Below, one piece after another: positions 1 to 9,441 of a stretch of DNA of 64,000 nt (position 1 is the stretch's first letter; each line of letters starts with the position of its first letter). Where the stretch lies: IMG/VR virus record IMGVR_UViG_3300034358_000044, positions 131,736-195,735 of that record; one strand, given 5' to 3'. Source of the DNA: a virus. The notes below the pieces were generated by a model that saw nothing but the letters and a program-made list of their open reading frames with translations, was not told where the DNA came from and made no database searches. The position numbers and the translations under genes were made by a program.

Positions 1-1
1 T

Positions 2-2758
2 GCCCTCAAGGACCAAGGCCTCAAGCCGCACGAGGCCTACATGATGCACAACATCCCCATCCTCCCGCCGAAGTTCCGCCCTGCAACGGCGACCCCTTCT
101 GGTGATGTTAGCTACGCCCCCATCAACGGTCTCTACAAGAACATCTCCCTCATCAACGATGAGCTGAAGAACTTCGACAGCAAGACGTATTCGGAGGAGC
201 ACAAGGAGCCGTTGCGGTTGCAGCTCTGGGACTCCGTGAAGGCTCTTCAAGCGGTGGGCAATTACAAGCCGGTCTATGACATGGACCAGAAGGGAGCTCG
301 TGCGCTCCCAGGTATTCTCGACATCATCGGCCATGGAGGCATTGAGGGGCAGCCAAAGGAGGGCTACTTCCAGAGCAAGCTGGTGAAGCGCAAGCTCGAT
401 CTCTCCATGCGCTCGACCATCGTGCCCGAGCCCAACCTCCACATCGACGAGATGGGGGTTCCCAAGGGAGCGGCGATGGAGTCCTACAAGCCGTTCGTTG
501 TGGCGCAGCTCCATCGATGGGGGCAGACCGCCTTGGCTGCTCAGGACGAAATCAAGAGGGACACTCCGCTGGCCACCAAGGCACTGGAGAAGGTCTTCGA
601 GGACCGCCCCATCCTCATCAAGAGAGATCCGGCTCTCCACAAGTTCTCGGTCATGGGGTTCAGGCCTAAGCTGGTAAGTGGCAAGGCCATTCAGATCCAC
701 CCTTTGGTGTGCGGTGGGTTCAACGCCGACTTCGATGGTGACACCATGGCCGCTACCATTCCCCTCTCCAAGGCGGCCGTGGAGGAGGCCAAGAAGATGT
801 TCCCGTCCAAGAACCTCTTCAACCCAGGAAGTGGAAGGGTGATGTACGTCCTGGACCAGGAACAAATTCTTGGTCTCCACTATATGACTCAATGGGGGAA
901 GCAGACCGACAAGAAGTTTGGAACGATCGATGAGGTGAAGAAGGCACTCTCGAAGCACGAGATCGAGCCCACCGACATCATCTCCCTCAAGGATGCCCAG
1001 AAGCCGACCACTGCCGGTCGCTTGATGTTCGCAGCGACTCTTCCTTCCGGCTTCTCGGAGAACAAGGACATCCTGCACAACCCCAAGCTGGACATCACCA
1101 AGAAGTTCCTGGCTGACAACATCGCCACCAATCTGGCGAAGAACCACGTCAACCACTACGCCACTGCCATCGATGGGTTGAAGGATCTGGGTAACGAGTG
1201 GTCCTACAAGCTTGGAGTCTCTTTCGGCTTGAAGGACTTCGCCGTTCTTCCTGAGCGGGATGCCATCCTCAAGGACGCTACCAAGGATGCGGCACACGCG
1301 ACCAAGACGTTGAAACCGGGGACGGAGCTCGACAAGAGGCTCATCGAAATCTACTCCAAGGCAACGGACAAGATTGACGCTGCAGCCAAGTCCAGCCTTG
1401 GTCGAAGTGACAACCGACTTGGACGGATGGTCTTCACCGGAGCTCGTGGAAAGTCGGAACAGCTCCGCCAGATGATTGCTGCACCGATGTTGGTGCAGGA
1501 TGGTCTCAATAGGACTCTCACGACTCCAGTGATGAGGTCCTTCTCGGAGGGACTGGACCTGGGTGAGTACTGGTTGACGCAGAGCGGGGCTCGTAAGGGC
1601 ACTCTTCAGCGTTCATCGGGTACTAGAGATCCGGGTGCGGCCTCCAAGGAGATTCTCAACTCGACGATGTCCACCCTCATCACTTCCAATGACTGCAAGA
1701 CGACGCAGGGCATCTTGCTGGACGTGAGTCACCCCGACATCCATGACAGGTTCCTAGCAGCCCCCTACAAGCTGAAGGACGGGGTGACCGTGAGAGAGGG
1801 GACACTCCTCACTCCTGAAATCACCGGCAAGCTGCGTGATCAGAAAGTCCTGGTGCGTTCCCCGCTCAAGTGTCAACACGGAGACGGCATCTGTGCCAAG
1901 TGTTTCGGCCTGAACGAGCGTGGGGTTCCACACGATGTTGGAACCAGTATCGGTGTTCTCGCTGGTCAGTCATTGGGAGAACGTGCGACCCAGCTTTCCA
2001 TGAACGCCTTCCACACAGGAGGAGTCGCTTCTGGTGCCGGTTCTGAATCAGTGGACATGTTCACACGACTCAAGCAAATCCTGGGCATGCCGAAGAAGCT
2101 GAAGAACCAAGCTACCATCTCTCAATCCTCTGGGAAAATTACCCAAGTCTCCAAGGATGCCGCAGGCGGAGTGAACATCACCATCAATGGAATTGGCCAC
2201 AAGGTAGATACTGCCCTTGTGAACCCGAAGATGGTAGTAGGTACTGAGGTGAGGAAGGGGGAGGCTCTCTCTGGAGGACACATCAACCCTCTCCATCTTC
2301 TCAGCGTCACCAAGGATATTCATGCGGTCCAGAACTACATGACCAACGAACTTGATACCCTCTACAACAAGGAAGGTGTCCGCCGACGCAACGTGGAAGT
2401 CGTCGTCCGTGCGCTCACCAACCTCACCAAGGTGAAGGACCCAGGCCACAGCGACTTCATTCATGGAGATGTTGCTCCCCGCTCGGTGGTTGAAGAGTAC
2501 AACCGGACGCTCTCCAAGGGGCACAGGCCCATCGAGCACGAGCCCATTCTGAAGGGCATCACGGAGATACCGTCTCAGTCTTCCAACTGGCTGGGCCGGC
2601 TCAACTTCCAGGAGCTCCATTCCACGGTGCAGCAGGCGGCGGCCATGGGATTGAAGTCGGACCTTCACGGGAGCCACCCCATCCCCGGTATGGCCAGAGG
2701 GAGTGAGTTCGGTCTTCCACCTCCTGAGTTGAAGGCCAAGAAGCCCTACGTCTACTAG
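2..2758 (+). CDS. rpoC: Phage-encoded DNA-directed RNA polymerase beta' subunit (N-terminus lies upstream of the window)
   Basis: Catalytic NADFDGD; PILPPKFRP; GARKG bridge-helix region; Zn site CKTTQG...RSPLKC...ICAKCFG; trigger loop GQSLGERATQLSMNAFHTGG. The frame is open from base 2, so the ATG at 41 is internal. Confidence 0.95.
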   Translation, partial: ALKDQGLKPHEAYMMHNIPILPPKFRPATATPSGDVSYAPINGLYKNISLINDELKNFDSKTYSEEHKEPLRLQLWDSVKALQAVGNYKPVYDMDQKGARALPGILDIIGHGGIEGQPKEGYFQSKLVKRKLDLSMRSTIVPEPNLHIDEMGVPKGAAMESYKPFVVAQLHRWGQTALAAQDEIKRDTPLATKALEKVFEDRPILIKRDPALHKFSVMGFRPKLVSGKAIQIHPLVCGGFNADFDGDTMAATIPLSKAAVEEAKKMFPSKNLFNPGSGRVMYVLDQEQILGLHYMTQWGKQTDKKFGTIDEVKKALSKHEIEPTDIISLKDAQKPTTAGRLMFAATLPSGFSENKDILHNPKLDITKKFLADNIATNLAKNHVNHYATAIDGLKDLGNEWSYKLGVSFGLKDFAVLPERDAILKDATKDAAHATKTLKPGTELDKRLIEIYSKATDKIDAAAKSSLGRSDNRLGRMVFTGARGKSEQLRQMIAAPMLVQDGLNRTLTTPVMRSFSEGLDLGEYWLTQSGARKGTLQRSSGTRDPGAASKEILNSTMSTLITSNDCKTTQGILLDVSHPDIHDRFLAAPYKLKDGVTVREGTLLTPEITGKLRDQKVLVRSPLKCQHGDGICAKCFGLNERGVPHDVGTSIGVLAGQSLGERATQLSMNAFHTGGVASGAGSESVDMFTRLKQILGMPKKLKNQATISQSSGKITQVSKDAAGGVNITINGIGHKVDTALVNPKMVVGTEVRKGEALSGGHINPLHLLSVTKDIHAVQNYMTNELDTLYNKEGVRRRNVEVVVRALTNLTKVKDPGHSDFIHGDVAPRSVVEEYNRTLSKGHRPIEHEPILKGITEIPSQSSNWLGRLNFQELHSTVQQAAAMGLKSDLHGSHPIPGMARGSEFGLPPPELKAKKPYVY

Positions 2759-2770
2759 TTGGAGTTCTTT

Positions 2771-3850
2771 GTGGCCCCTATCAGCTCCAAGACTCGCGCC
2801 GCATATGTCCACCAGGCGAAGATCATCGACGTCAACATCGCTAACTGGACCGTCTCCGTGGCGACCCAGTTCGCTGACAAGCCGTTGACTGACATCCCCT
2901 TCGCGGTCCCGTACCTTCACCCCAACAACGGAGAGGGCATCTACTTCATGCCCGAGGTTGGGTCGGTCTGTTGGCTCTGTGAGCCCTCTGATGGGAACAA
3001 GCCCTTCGTGTTGGCGTGGGCTCCTCCCTCCGTAGATGGCACTGGGCAGTTCCGAGCTCATCGCCAGGATTTGAGCCCAGGAGACATCTGGCTGGGGACT
3101 CGTGACGAAAACTTCCTGATTCTTCGAAGAGGTGGGGTCGTCCAGATTGGTGGGACAGGTCTCTGTCAAAGGCTGTTCCTGCCCATCAACAACACCATCA
3201 AGGACTTCTGTGAGAACTACTCGCTCAACACCATCGGGGGCGACTTGGAGTGGGTCGTCAAGAGGGTGGAAACAGACACGACGGGAGACCGTCCTGCTCT
3301 TCTGACGTTGAGCGCCAAGGCTTTTGCGAATGACGAGCAGCCCATCGCCACTCTCAAAATCGGTTCCCACGATGGAGACAAGAAGACTATTCTATCCCTT
3401 GCGATTCATGCGTCAGGTGCGCAGGGAGCTGATACCGTCATCAGTCTCAAGATGACCAACGAAGGAAACGTCATCTGGGAAGTTGAGAAGGACGTGAGCT
3501 TGACCATCAAGGGGAAGGTGACCGTTGATGCCAAGGGCGAGGTGAAGTTCACTGCTGGCAACAAGTTCACTCTCGACGTGAAAGACAAGTTGGCCCTGAA
3601 GGCGAAGGGCATTGACGTGGACGCAGGTGGGAAGAACATCGACGTCAAGGCGGACAAGGTGACGGTCGCAGCCGAGGTCATCGTGAACAGCGGAGTCAAA
3701 GGGGTGTGGCTTGCTGATGACGCCTTCATCTCTTGGATCGCCACGCACACTCACACGTCAGCGCCTACTGGAAGTCCCACTTCTCCTGCGGTTCCTCCGT
3801 ATTCTGCAGTTCCAGGGACAAGTTACGCCACGATGTTGAAGGCTAAGTGA
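2771..3850 (+). CDS. Baseplate central spike (gpV/gp5-like OB-fold plus beta-helix with HxH tip)
   Basis: N-terminal AKIIDVN..NWTVSV...YFMPEVGSVCW OB-fold-like pattern; alternating beta repeats; C-terminal IATHTHTS metal-binding tip. GTG at 2771 has GGAG 6 nt upstream (ORF track starts at 2759). Confidence 0.75.
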   Translation: MAPISSKTRAAYVHQAKIIDVNIANWTVSVATQFADKPLTDIPFAVPYLHPNNGEGIYFMPEVGSVCWLCEPSDGNKPFVLAWAPPSVDGTGQFRAHRQDLSPGDIWLGTRDENFLILRRGGVVQIGGTGLCQRLFLPINNTIKDFCENYSLNTIGGDLEWVVKRVETDTTGDRPALLTLSAKAFANDEQPIATLKIGSHDGDKKTILSLAIHASGAQGADTVISLKMTNEGNVIWEVEKDVSLTIKGKVTVDAKGEVKFTAGNKFTLDVKDKLALKAKGIDVDAGGKNIDVKADKVTVAAEVIVNSGVKGVWLADDAFISWIATHTHTSAPTGSPTSPAVPPYSAVPGTSYATMLKAK

Positions 3851-3860
3851 GGAGCATCAG

Positions 3861-6449
3861 ATGAACCTGTACCTCGACGAACTTCCCGAGCTCGATGATG
3901 GATTCCGCAAGATGGCCGGGTTCGCCACCAGGCTCTCTGAGACCCCTGAGAACTGGCCCCAGGAGCTCACCAGCGAGCTCTACAAGCAGCTCCCCTACCT
4001 GTCGGACTACGACGTCAACGTGAACCTGGATCGCGTGGAGCCCAACCGTGGCTTCGCCTTCGGGTACGCCGACGTGGCCAACAAGACGGAGCGGCCCGAG
4101 GTGGAGCACGAAGAGACCGGTCTGCCCCACATTCGCATCCCCATCGTGGTGATGGAGCGGGCGGCCAAGCCTTTCTCCATCTTCCTCGACGGTGAGAAGG
4201 TGATGCCTCTCACCGAGGAGCGCATCCGGGAGACTCTCTTCAACCCGGCCACCTTCGACCTCTCCACCTCCCCTCCCAGGGACCCGAGTCTCGTCGAGGC
4301 GACCATGCCCCCTCAGCGTTCCGGTATGGGTATGGGTGGTGAGTACAAGATGGCTTCTGCTGACCTCGCCCGACTCAGCCCTGAGGAGCGTTTCGTTTAC
4401 GAAGCGCAGATGGAGAAGAGGGCCTTGATCGGGGCTGATGATCTCGTCGGTGGGGCCATCGGCTACCACTACGGAAAGAAACAGAGAAAGCGTGGGGAAG
4501 AACACACCTTCGGAGTCCCACAAGTGGCGAGCGCCTTTGTTCCAGGAGGCCTCGGCTACCAGTTTGGTCGCTACTTGGGGCACAACGACCGCGATACCGT
4601 AAAGGGGAGCGACAAGGAGAAGAAGAGTGAAGCCACCCCTGCGGAACTGGCGGCGCATGACAGGGCCGTCATCCGTCTTGGGAATGAAGATCCAGTTCAC
4701 AGATTCACGAACCACCCAGCCACCGCTCCGGTGATTGGGGCTCTTGTTGGTGGTGCTGCCGGGTTTAATGAGTTCGGAAATCCCCGTGCGGCCCTCGGTA
4801 TGGCCGGTGTTGGTGCAGCAAGCGCCTATGCTGGAAGCAAGCTCGGGAAGTACATCGGTACGGCAGGGGCGCGTACTGAGACGATGAGGAACCTCGCCAA
4901 GAAGCACAACCCCAAGTACGTCAAGTACCTGGCCGAAGAGATGGAGAAGAAAAGCTCTCTTCTTCTCGCCATCGCACCGACTCTTCGTGAGCGGGACGTC
5001 GAAGCCTTCGTGGACAAGGTGGCCAACGACCAGACCCTCATCGCCGGCTTCAAGCGCAGCGGCATCTCTCCTGTGCTGGTGGAGGCCTTCGAGAACACCA
5101 AGAGGGCTTCGGCTGAGGACAGGCTCGATGCACTGGCGGACTCGGTGGAGCCCACCGTGGTGACCTTCCAGAAGCTCCCTGGTGGGGACTTCCTGGTGAA
5201 GAGCGCCAACGTCCACGCCTTCATCGAGAAGACTGCAGAGGGGGAGGTCGTCCCTGGGCAGGAGGTGGGGCAGGCCATCGGGCAGGGGCAGGCCCAGGCG
5301 ATGCAGCCTGGTCAGACGGCCACGGCAGTCTCCGAGCCGGTCCCAGAGGAGGCAGTCGAACCTCAGGAGAAGTCCAACGTGAAGCCGGTGGAAGAGTTCG
5401 GTCAGTACAAGACCTTGGACTCCATGGGCAACAGCGTCATGGGACATGTCTTCCCAACTACCCTCTCCTGGGACGGCTCCTTCAGCGAGCAGCCCATCGC
5501 GCTCTTCACGAATGGTTCCGCCTACGCCATGCAGGACTCCATCCTGGGTGAGCTCGTCGGTAAGGGGACCAATCTTCCAGATGATGAGCCACGTGGGGAC
5601 GGGGCCTTCTACAAGGTGGAAGGTGGAGATGCGGTAGCAACTGGACCTGTCACAATCGGATCCAGTGCAGCGGGGCCGGACGGGCTACCGCATCTCCAGG
5701 CGACGGACTCCTTCGGCAATGCTCTGCAAATCATCCAGATGGAGGGCCTCACGGAGCCCCAGCGCATCAGCGACATCGAGATGGCCATCCCGAAGAGCTG
5801 GAAGTTCATGAGGCTCAACAACCAGACCCAGCTCCAGGGTGGTGGCGGTGAGGAACAGTCTGAGACGACTGAGGCTGGAGGGATGAAGGAGGTGCAGGCC
5901 TCGGCCACCCTCTTCTTCAATGGCAGCTACAACATCGAGGGGCAGTGCGGACTGGAGAAGATCTCCGAGTCCCTGCGCTACGACCTCGATCCTGTGTCGG
6001 CGGAGTTCATGCTCGGCGTCCTGGGCGTGGACGGTGCCACCGCCAAGATGAAGGTGGCCGAGGCCCGCAGGTACGGCCATGTGAAGCTGGCCAACCTGAA
6101 GACCATCACCACCATGGGAGAGCGCTACACCACCTCGGTGAAGACCGCCTCGGCCCTCCTGCGACAGATGCCCGACCTGAGGAGGAACCTCATCAAGGAG
6201 GCTGCCGCGCTTCAGGACGAAGGCACGGTTGACAACATCCTCGCGCTCAACTTCATCAACCCGGAGAACCTCTCCACCTTCATCAGCTACATCCCCAACC
6301 TGGAAGAGACTTCCGAGAAGTTGGCGGAGATGCTCCTCTACTCCTACCTCGGTATGAAGGAGATCGGCGAGGGAGCGGTGGAGCACGCCATGAAGGGACT
6401 GGAAGAGGTGCTGGTGGGTCTGAAGTCCCTGGCTCAGACCGAGGGCTGA
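3861..6449 (+). CDS. Large putative head/virion protein with multiple K-x-A/S motifs and an internal Gly-rich insert
   Basis: 862 aa; SD GAGGAG; strong C/G codon bias; motifs RKMAG, YKMAS, EKRAL, EKKSS, EKTAE, VKTAS, EKLAE. Function inferred only. Confidence 0.6.
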   Translation: MNLYLDELPELDDGFRKMAGFATRLSETPENWPQELTSELYKQLPYLSDYDVNVNLDRVEPNRGFAFGYADVANKTERPEVEHEETGLPHIRIPIVVMERAAKPFSIFLDGEKVMPLTEERIRETLFNPATFDLSTSPPRDPSLVEATMPPQRSGMGMGGEYKMASADLARLSPEERFVYEAQMEKRALIGADDLVGGAIGYHYGKKQRKRGEEHTFGVPQVASAFVPGGLGYQFGRYLGHNDRDTVKGSDKEKKSEATPAELAAHDRAVIRLGNEDPVHRFTNHPATAPVIGALVGGAAGFNEFGNPRAALGMAGVGAASAYAGSKLGKYIGTAGARTETMRNLAKKHNPKYVKYLAEEMEKKSSLLLAIAPTLRERDVEAFVDKVANDQTLIAGFKRSGISPVLVEAFENTKRASAEDRLDALADSVEPTVVTFQKLPGGDFLVKSANVHAFIEKTAEGEVVPGQEVGQAIGQGQAQAMQPGQTATAVSEPVPEEAVEPQEKSNVKPVEEFGQYKTLDSMGNSVMGHVFPTTLSWDGSFSEQPIALFTNGSAYAMQDSILGELVGKGTNLPDDEPRGDGAFYKVEGGDAVATGPVTIGSSAAGPDGLPHLQATDSFGNALQIIQMEGLTEPQRISDIEMAIPKSWKFMRLNNQTQLQGGGGEEQSETTEAGGMKEVQASATLFFNGSYNIEGQCGLEKISESLRYDLDPVSAEFMLGVLGVDGATAKMKVAEARRYGHVKLANLKTITTMGERYTTSVKTASALLRQMPDLRRNLIKEAAALQDEGTVDNILALNFINPENLSTFISYIPNLEETSEKLAEMLLYSYLGMKEIGEGAVEHAMKGLEEVLVGLKSLAQTEG

Positions 6450-6450
6450 C

Positions 6451-7308
6451 ATGCGGCATCCCGCTGAGTACTACATCCGGTCTCTCATCATTCGGGACCC
6501 TACCCTGACGGATGCCCAGATCCTCCGGGAGCTGGAGCAGAGGGGCTTCCTGGAGCCGCAGACGACCTACCTGGGCTTCCTGCGCCAGGAACTCGCAGCA
6601 ACCCCACCACCGCAGGTGTTCGACCCCTTCAACCGGCAGCATCGCCCCTCGATGCAGTACCTGAGGGACCAGCAGGTGTACGAGATGTTCTTCCCCACTC
6701 CTGGAGTGGAGGAGGCACAGAACTACCTGTCAGACCCCAACAAGAGGATGCAGGTCGAACAAGTCATCCTCTCTCGGGTCAACATCAAGATGGTGCTTCC
6801 TAAGGTGAACAGGAAGCACGACTGGTTCCTCACTGAAGAAGGCATCATCAGCTACCGCCACTTCTTCTGGAACCTGAAGCTCCTCACCTTCGATCAATGG
6901 GGACGGTACCTGTACGAGCGCAGTGCGCTCTACGCCAGGTACATGGCGCTCCTGCAGTCGGACACCAAGCTGGCGCTCTTCCATCTCAGGTTGGACCAGC
7001 AGATCGACTCCAAGAGGATGATTCAGAGGGCGCAGGAGATTGCCTACTTCTCCCTCGAAGAGGTGAATCAGATTCCTGGAGTGAGCTCGGACAAGATCAA
7101 GGCCATCGGCATCTTGGGCAAGGCCATCACCGACTGTCACAACGCCCTCTCCACTTCCGACATGGCGCTCTCTGGAGTTCTGAAGGAGTTCGAGAAGTTC
7201 CGCATGGAGCACCCGCTCGCCCCTCCTCCCAACATCCACACTCTCTCTCCAGGAAGCAACTACTCGGGTAGTGGAATCAACTCCGAGGAGAAGGACGGGG
7301 TCAACTGA
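6451..7308 (+). CDS. Hypothetical protein (possible small terminase, weak)
   Basis: 285 aa ORF tightly packed between neighbours with genome-typical codon bias; helical C-terminus. No diagnostic motif. Confidence 0.55.
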   Translation: MRHPAEYYIRSLIIRDPTLTDAQILRELEQRGFLEPQTTYLGFLRQELAATPPPQVFDPFNRQHRPSMQYLRDQQVYEMFFPTPGVEEAQNYLSDPNKRMQVEQVILSRVNIKMVLPKVNRKHDWFLTEEGIISYRHFFWNLKLLTFDQWGRYLYERSALYARYMALLQSDTKLALFHLRLDQQIDSKRMIQRAQEIAYFSLEEVNQIPGVSSDKIKAIGILGKAITDCHNALSTSDMALSGVLKEFEKFRMEHPLAPPPNIHTLSPGSNYSGSGINSEEKDGVN

Positions 7309-7309
7309 C

Positions 7310-7993
7310 ATGCATCCTCGGACTCTGTCAGCCTTCCAGAACGAGATGCGGAAGATGGCTTACGTGTCGTCTTCCGCCAAGCTCCTTGAAGTTGATGGAG
7401 TCCCGTTGTTGGAGAAGTACCTGGATCGCCAGGCCATGGAGAAGCTGTCCAAGGCAGAGGACGACGATGGTTTCAACTTCTTCGAGCGCCACCCCAAGAA
7501 GATTCTTGGTGGTGCAGCACTTGCTGCAGGGACGGGGCTGTACCTCCTGAGCAGACGTAAGACTCCCAAGGTTCAGCCGAAAACGGTCCTGGAAGAGGCC
7601 AAGCAGGCGACGCACCCCGTAGCAGAGTCCCTACCGACGCCTTCAGTCCCCAAGGCCAGGGTTGAGGCGGTACTTCCCAAGTCCTCTCCCAAGGCCCCAG
7701 CGAAGCCTGGGAAGCAGGTAGAGGTGATGCTTCAGGGGAAGCCCGTCAAGCTCACCACGGAACGAAGTGAGCACGATTGGGTGGCAAGGGGACCGAATGC
7801 CGATAAGCCCCGAGTTGAGGGCTATCGACGAGACTCCAAAGCCCCAGTTCCTCGCCACCCCAGGGGACGGCATTTGAATCTTCAGGATGCATCCAAGATG
7901 GAGCGCCCACTCGAAGATGAGCAGGTACTTCTGAAGAAGTTCGGAATGGCCCGGCTTGCTTCTTTGGGGGCCATGTTCTACGTAGGTTCTTGA
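7310..7993 (+). CDS. Leader-tagged putative head cargo protein with one hydrophobic segment
   Basis: ATG at 7310 gives MHPRTLSAFQNEMRKMA, the shared 17-aa leader; ILGGAALAAGTGLYLLSRRK segment. Confidence 0.7.
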   Translation: MHPRTLSAFQNEMRKMAYVSSSAKLLEVDGVPLLEKYLDRQAMEKLSKAEDDDGFNFFERHPKKILGGAALAAGTGLYLLSRRKTPKVQPKTVLEEAKQATHPVAESLPTPSVPKARVEAVLPKSSPKAPAKPGKQVEVMLQGKPVKLTTERSEHDWVARGPNADKPRVEGYRRDSKAPVPRHPRGRHLNLQDASKMERPLEDEQVLLKKFGMARLASLGAMFYVGS

Positions 7994-8002
7994 GGTAGCT
8001 CT

Positions 8003-8479
8003 ATGCCCTGGATCGAGAAGAACAGCGAGACCAACGAAGTCGCGTCCCCCAACGACATCAGGTCGAAGACTCTGGACCATGCACGTGAAGAGGGACTGCC
8101 GGTCATCACCAAGGAGGTCGAGGCCGGCACCAAGCCCTTCGACCCTATCCAGTTTCAGCCCGTGAAGAGCCCCGGCATCTACGACGCGGAGTTCGGCGTG
8201 AAGGGTGCCGACGTCATCTTCCACTTCTGGCCCTCCGGTTACCACGTCGCTCAGAGACGTGGAGTGGTGACGCCGAGGTTCAAGCAGGGGTTCGAGCTCG
8301 CCCTTCGACGCACCATGGGGGACGTGTTCGACACCAACCGTGTCTTCATCGACGAGGACAAGGACATGGGGGCGCTCTTCGTGAAGGCCAGTGGGTGGGG
8401 CGAGGCCCAGTTCCACCGGGACCTCTGCATCAAGGCCTGCGAGAAGCTTCACGCTGCCATGGGTGGCGAGCCGGGCTGA
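8003..8479 (+). CDS. Hypothetical protein
   Basis: 158 aa; GAGG SD; strong codon bias; ends at a convergent terminator. Confidence 0.7.
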   Translation: MPWIEKNSETNEVASPNDIRSKTLDHAREEGLPVITKEVEAGTKPFDPIQFQPVKSPGIYDAEFGVKGADVIFHFWPSGYHVAQRRGVVTPRFKQGFELALRRTMGDVFDTNRVFIDEDKDMGALFVKASGWGEAQFHRDLCIKACEKLHAAMGGEPG

Positions 8480-8508
8480 GGGCTAAGAAACTGGGGTACG
8501 TCCCCAGT
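8478..8508 (-). terminator. Hairpin terminator with conserved TTAGC tail
   Basis: Plus strand GAGGGCTAAGAA then ACTGGGG-TACGT-CCCCAGT; lies between convergent genes. Confidence 0.65.
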
Positions 8509-8531
8509 CCCCTACTGCTACAGCAGGCCGA

Positions 8532-8816
8532 CTACGGAATTGCGAGCTGGTAGAGTCGGTCCAAGACGAGCTTCTCCTGCTCCGAGTTGAACTCCACCAC
8601 AGTGCTGGTCTTGCAGAGCCCAAAGGGACCTACAGCTCCCTTGCCCTGCTCGCCCCAGTCCGAGGTCTCACGTCCCACCTTCACGCCACCGGCCAGGGAC
8701 TTGAGAAGCTTGTAGATGAGCCTCCCCAGCTTCCTGTTGTCGATGTCGTTCGGAGTAGAGCTCCACATCCGGTAGTTGATGAGGAACTCTGCAATCGGCT
8801 TCCTTACTCGTGTCAT
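8532..8816 (-). CDS. Hypothetical protein
   Basis: 94 aa; downstream of the conserved promoter at 8869 and upstream of the terminator at 8478. Confidence 0.6.
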   Translation of the reverse strand: MTRVRKPIAEFLINYRMWSSTPNDIDNRKLGRLIYKLLKSLAGGVKVGRETSDWGEQGKGAVGPFGLCKTSTVVEFNSEQEKLVLDRLYQLAIP

Positions 8817-8868
8817 TGTTTGGTCCCTTCAGAGCCGCAACAAATAGAGACGGAATTGTCTCTACAAC

Positions 8869-8896
8869 CTTATGCCGAAGCGTGGTGCAGAGTTGC
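8869..8896 (-). promoter_or_regulatory. Conserved bipartite phage promoter, copy 1
   Basis: Minus strand GCAA-CTCTGCACCACGCTT-CGGCATAAG; same spacing as the other copies. Confidence 0.65.
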
Positions 8897-9177
8897 TACC
8901 ACGAGTTCCAGAACCGAATGATGGTGACGTCCTTCGGTAGCTTCGCGATGTCTACCTCGAAGCCTTCCTGGGAGTCGTCGTTGAACGGCCGGACGCAGCC
9001 GCGCTTCTCCAAGTCTACCTCGACTCCGGCTTCGTCAGGATCGCAGTGACCGAAGAACTCCCGTACCTCTTCGGGCGCCTCGATTGAAGCAGCATCACAC
9101 GCATCCCAAATCCTCTTCATCGCCTTGAACTTCTCGTCGGGCGGCCTGAAGCCGACGACGTGCGTACTCATTCCCAT
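8896..9177 (-). CDS. Hypothetical protein
   Basis: 93 aa; abuts the upstream gene's stop; typical codon bias. Confidence 0.65.
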   Translation of the reverse strand: MGMSTHVVGFRPPDEKFKAMKRIWDACDAASIEAPEEVREFFGHCDPDEAGVEVDLEKRGCVRPFNDDSQEGFEVDIAKLPKDVTIIRFWNSW

Positions 9178-9441
9178 TTAGCTCTCCTCCAGAAAGTCTT
9201 GTTCGAGTTGCTTCTGTGCAGTGAAGAGTCGTTCGATGTTCTTCTTCGCCAGTATCATGTCGTTCCCCAGTGTGACGACCTGGGACCTCAAGATGAACAG
9301 CACCCGTACAACAGCCTCGGGTACGGTGGTCGCGCATCGCTGGCAGAGACAGATGGGCATCTCCATCTTTCTCCACTCTACCGTGTCGATGTAGACCTTC
9401 TTGTCGCAGCATAGGCACGGCATCTTGCTATCGAGTGGCAT
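9178..9441 (-). CDS. Small Cys-motif (possible Zn-finger) protein
   Basis: CLCC...CLCQRC followed by a coiled-coil-like tail. Confidence 0.55.
   Translation of the reverse strand: MPLDSKMPCLCCDKKVYIDTVEWRKMEMPICLCQRCATTVPEAVVRVLFILRSQVVTLGNDMILAKKNIERLFTAQKQLEQDFLEES

Noticed and set aside
2-2758. Bacterial chromosomal rpoBC locus
   Set aside because: No rpsL/rpsG/fusA context, divergent bridge-helix sequence, and directly followed by phage structural genes.
2048-5447. Long minus-strand ORFs (440 and 534 aa); likewise 20607-22541, 18194-19465, 36340-37449 and 42837-44306
   Set aside because: They lie antisense to well-supported genes. Strong C/G third-position bias suppresses antisense stops, and the translations are Leu/Val/Gly/His-rich with no motifs.
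3861-7308. Portal or small terminase assignment for the 862-aa and 285-aa ORFs
   Set aside because: No recognisable portal or TerS motif; left as hypothetical. Portal, tape measure and baseplate wedge genes are probably outside the window.
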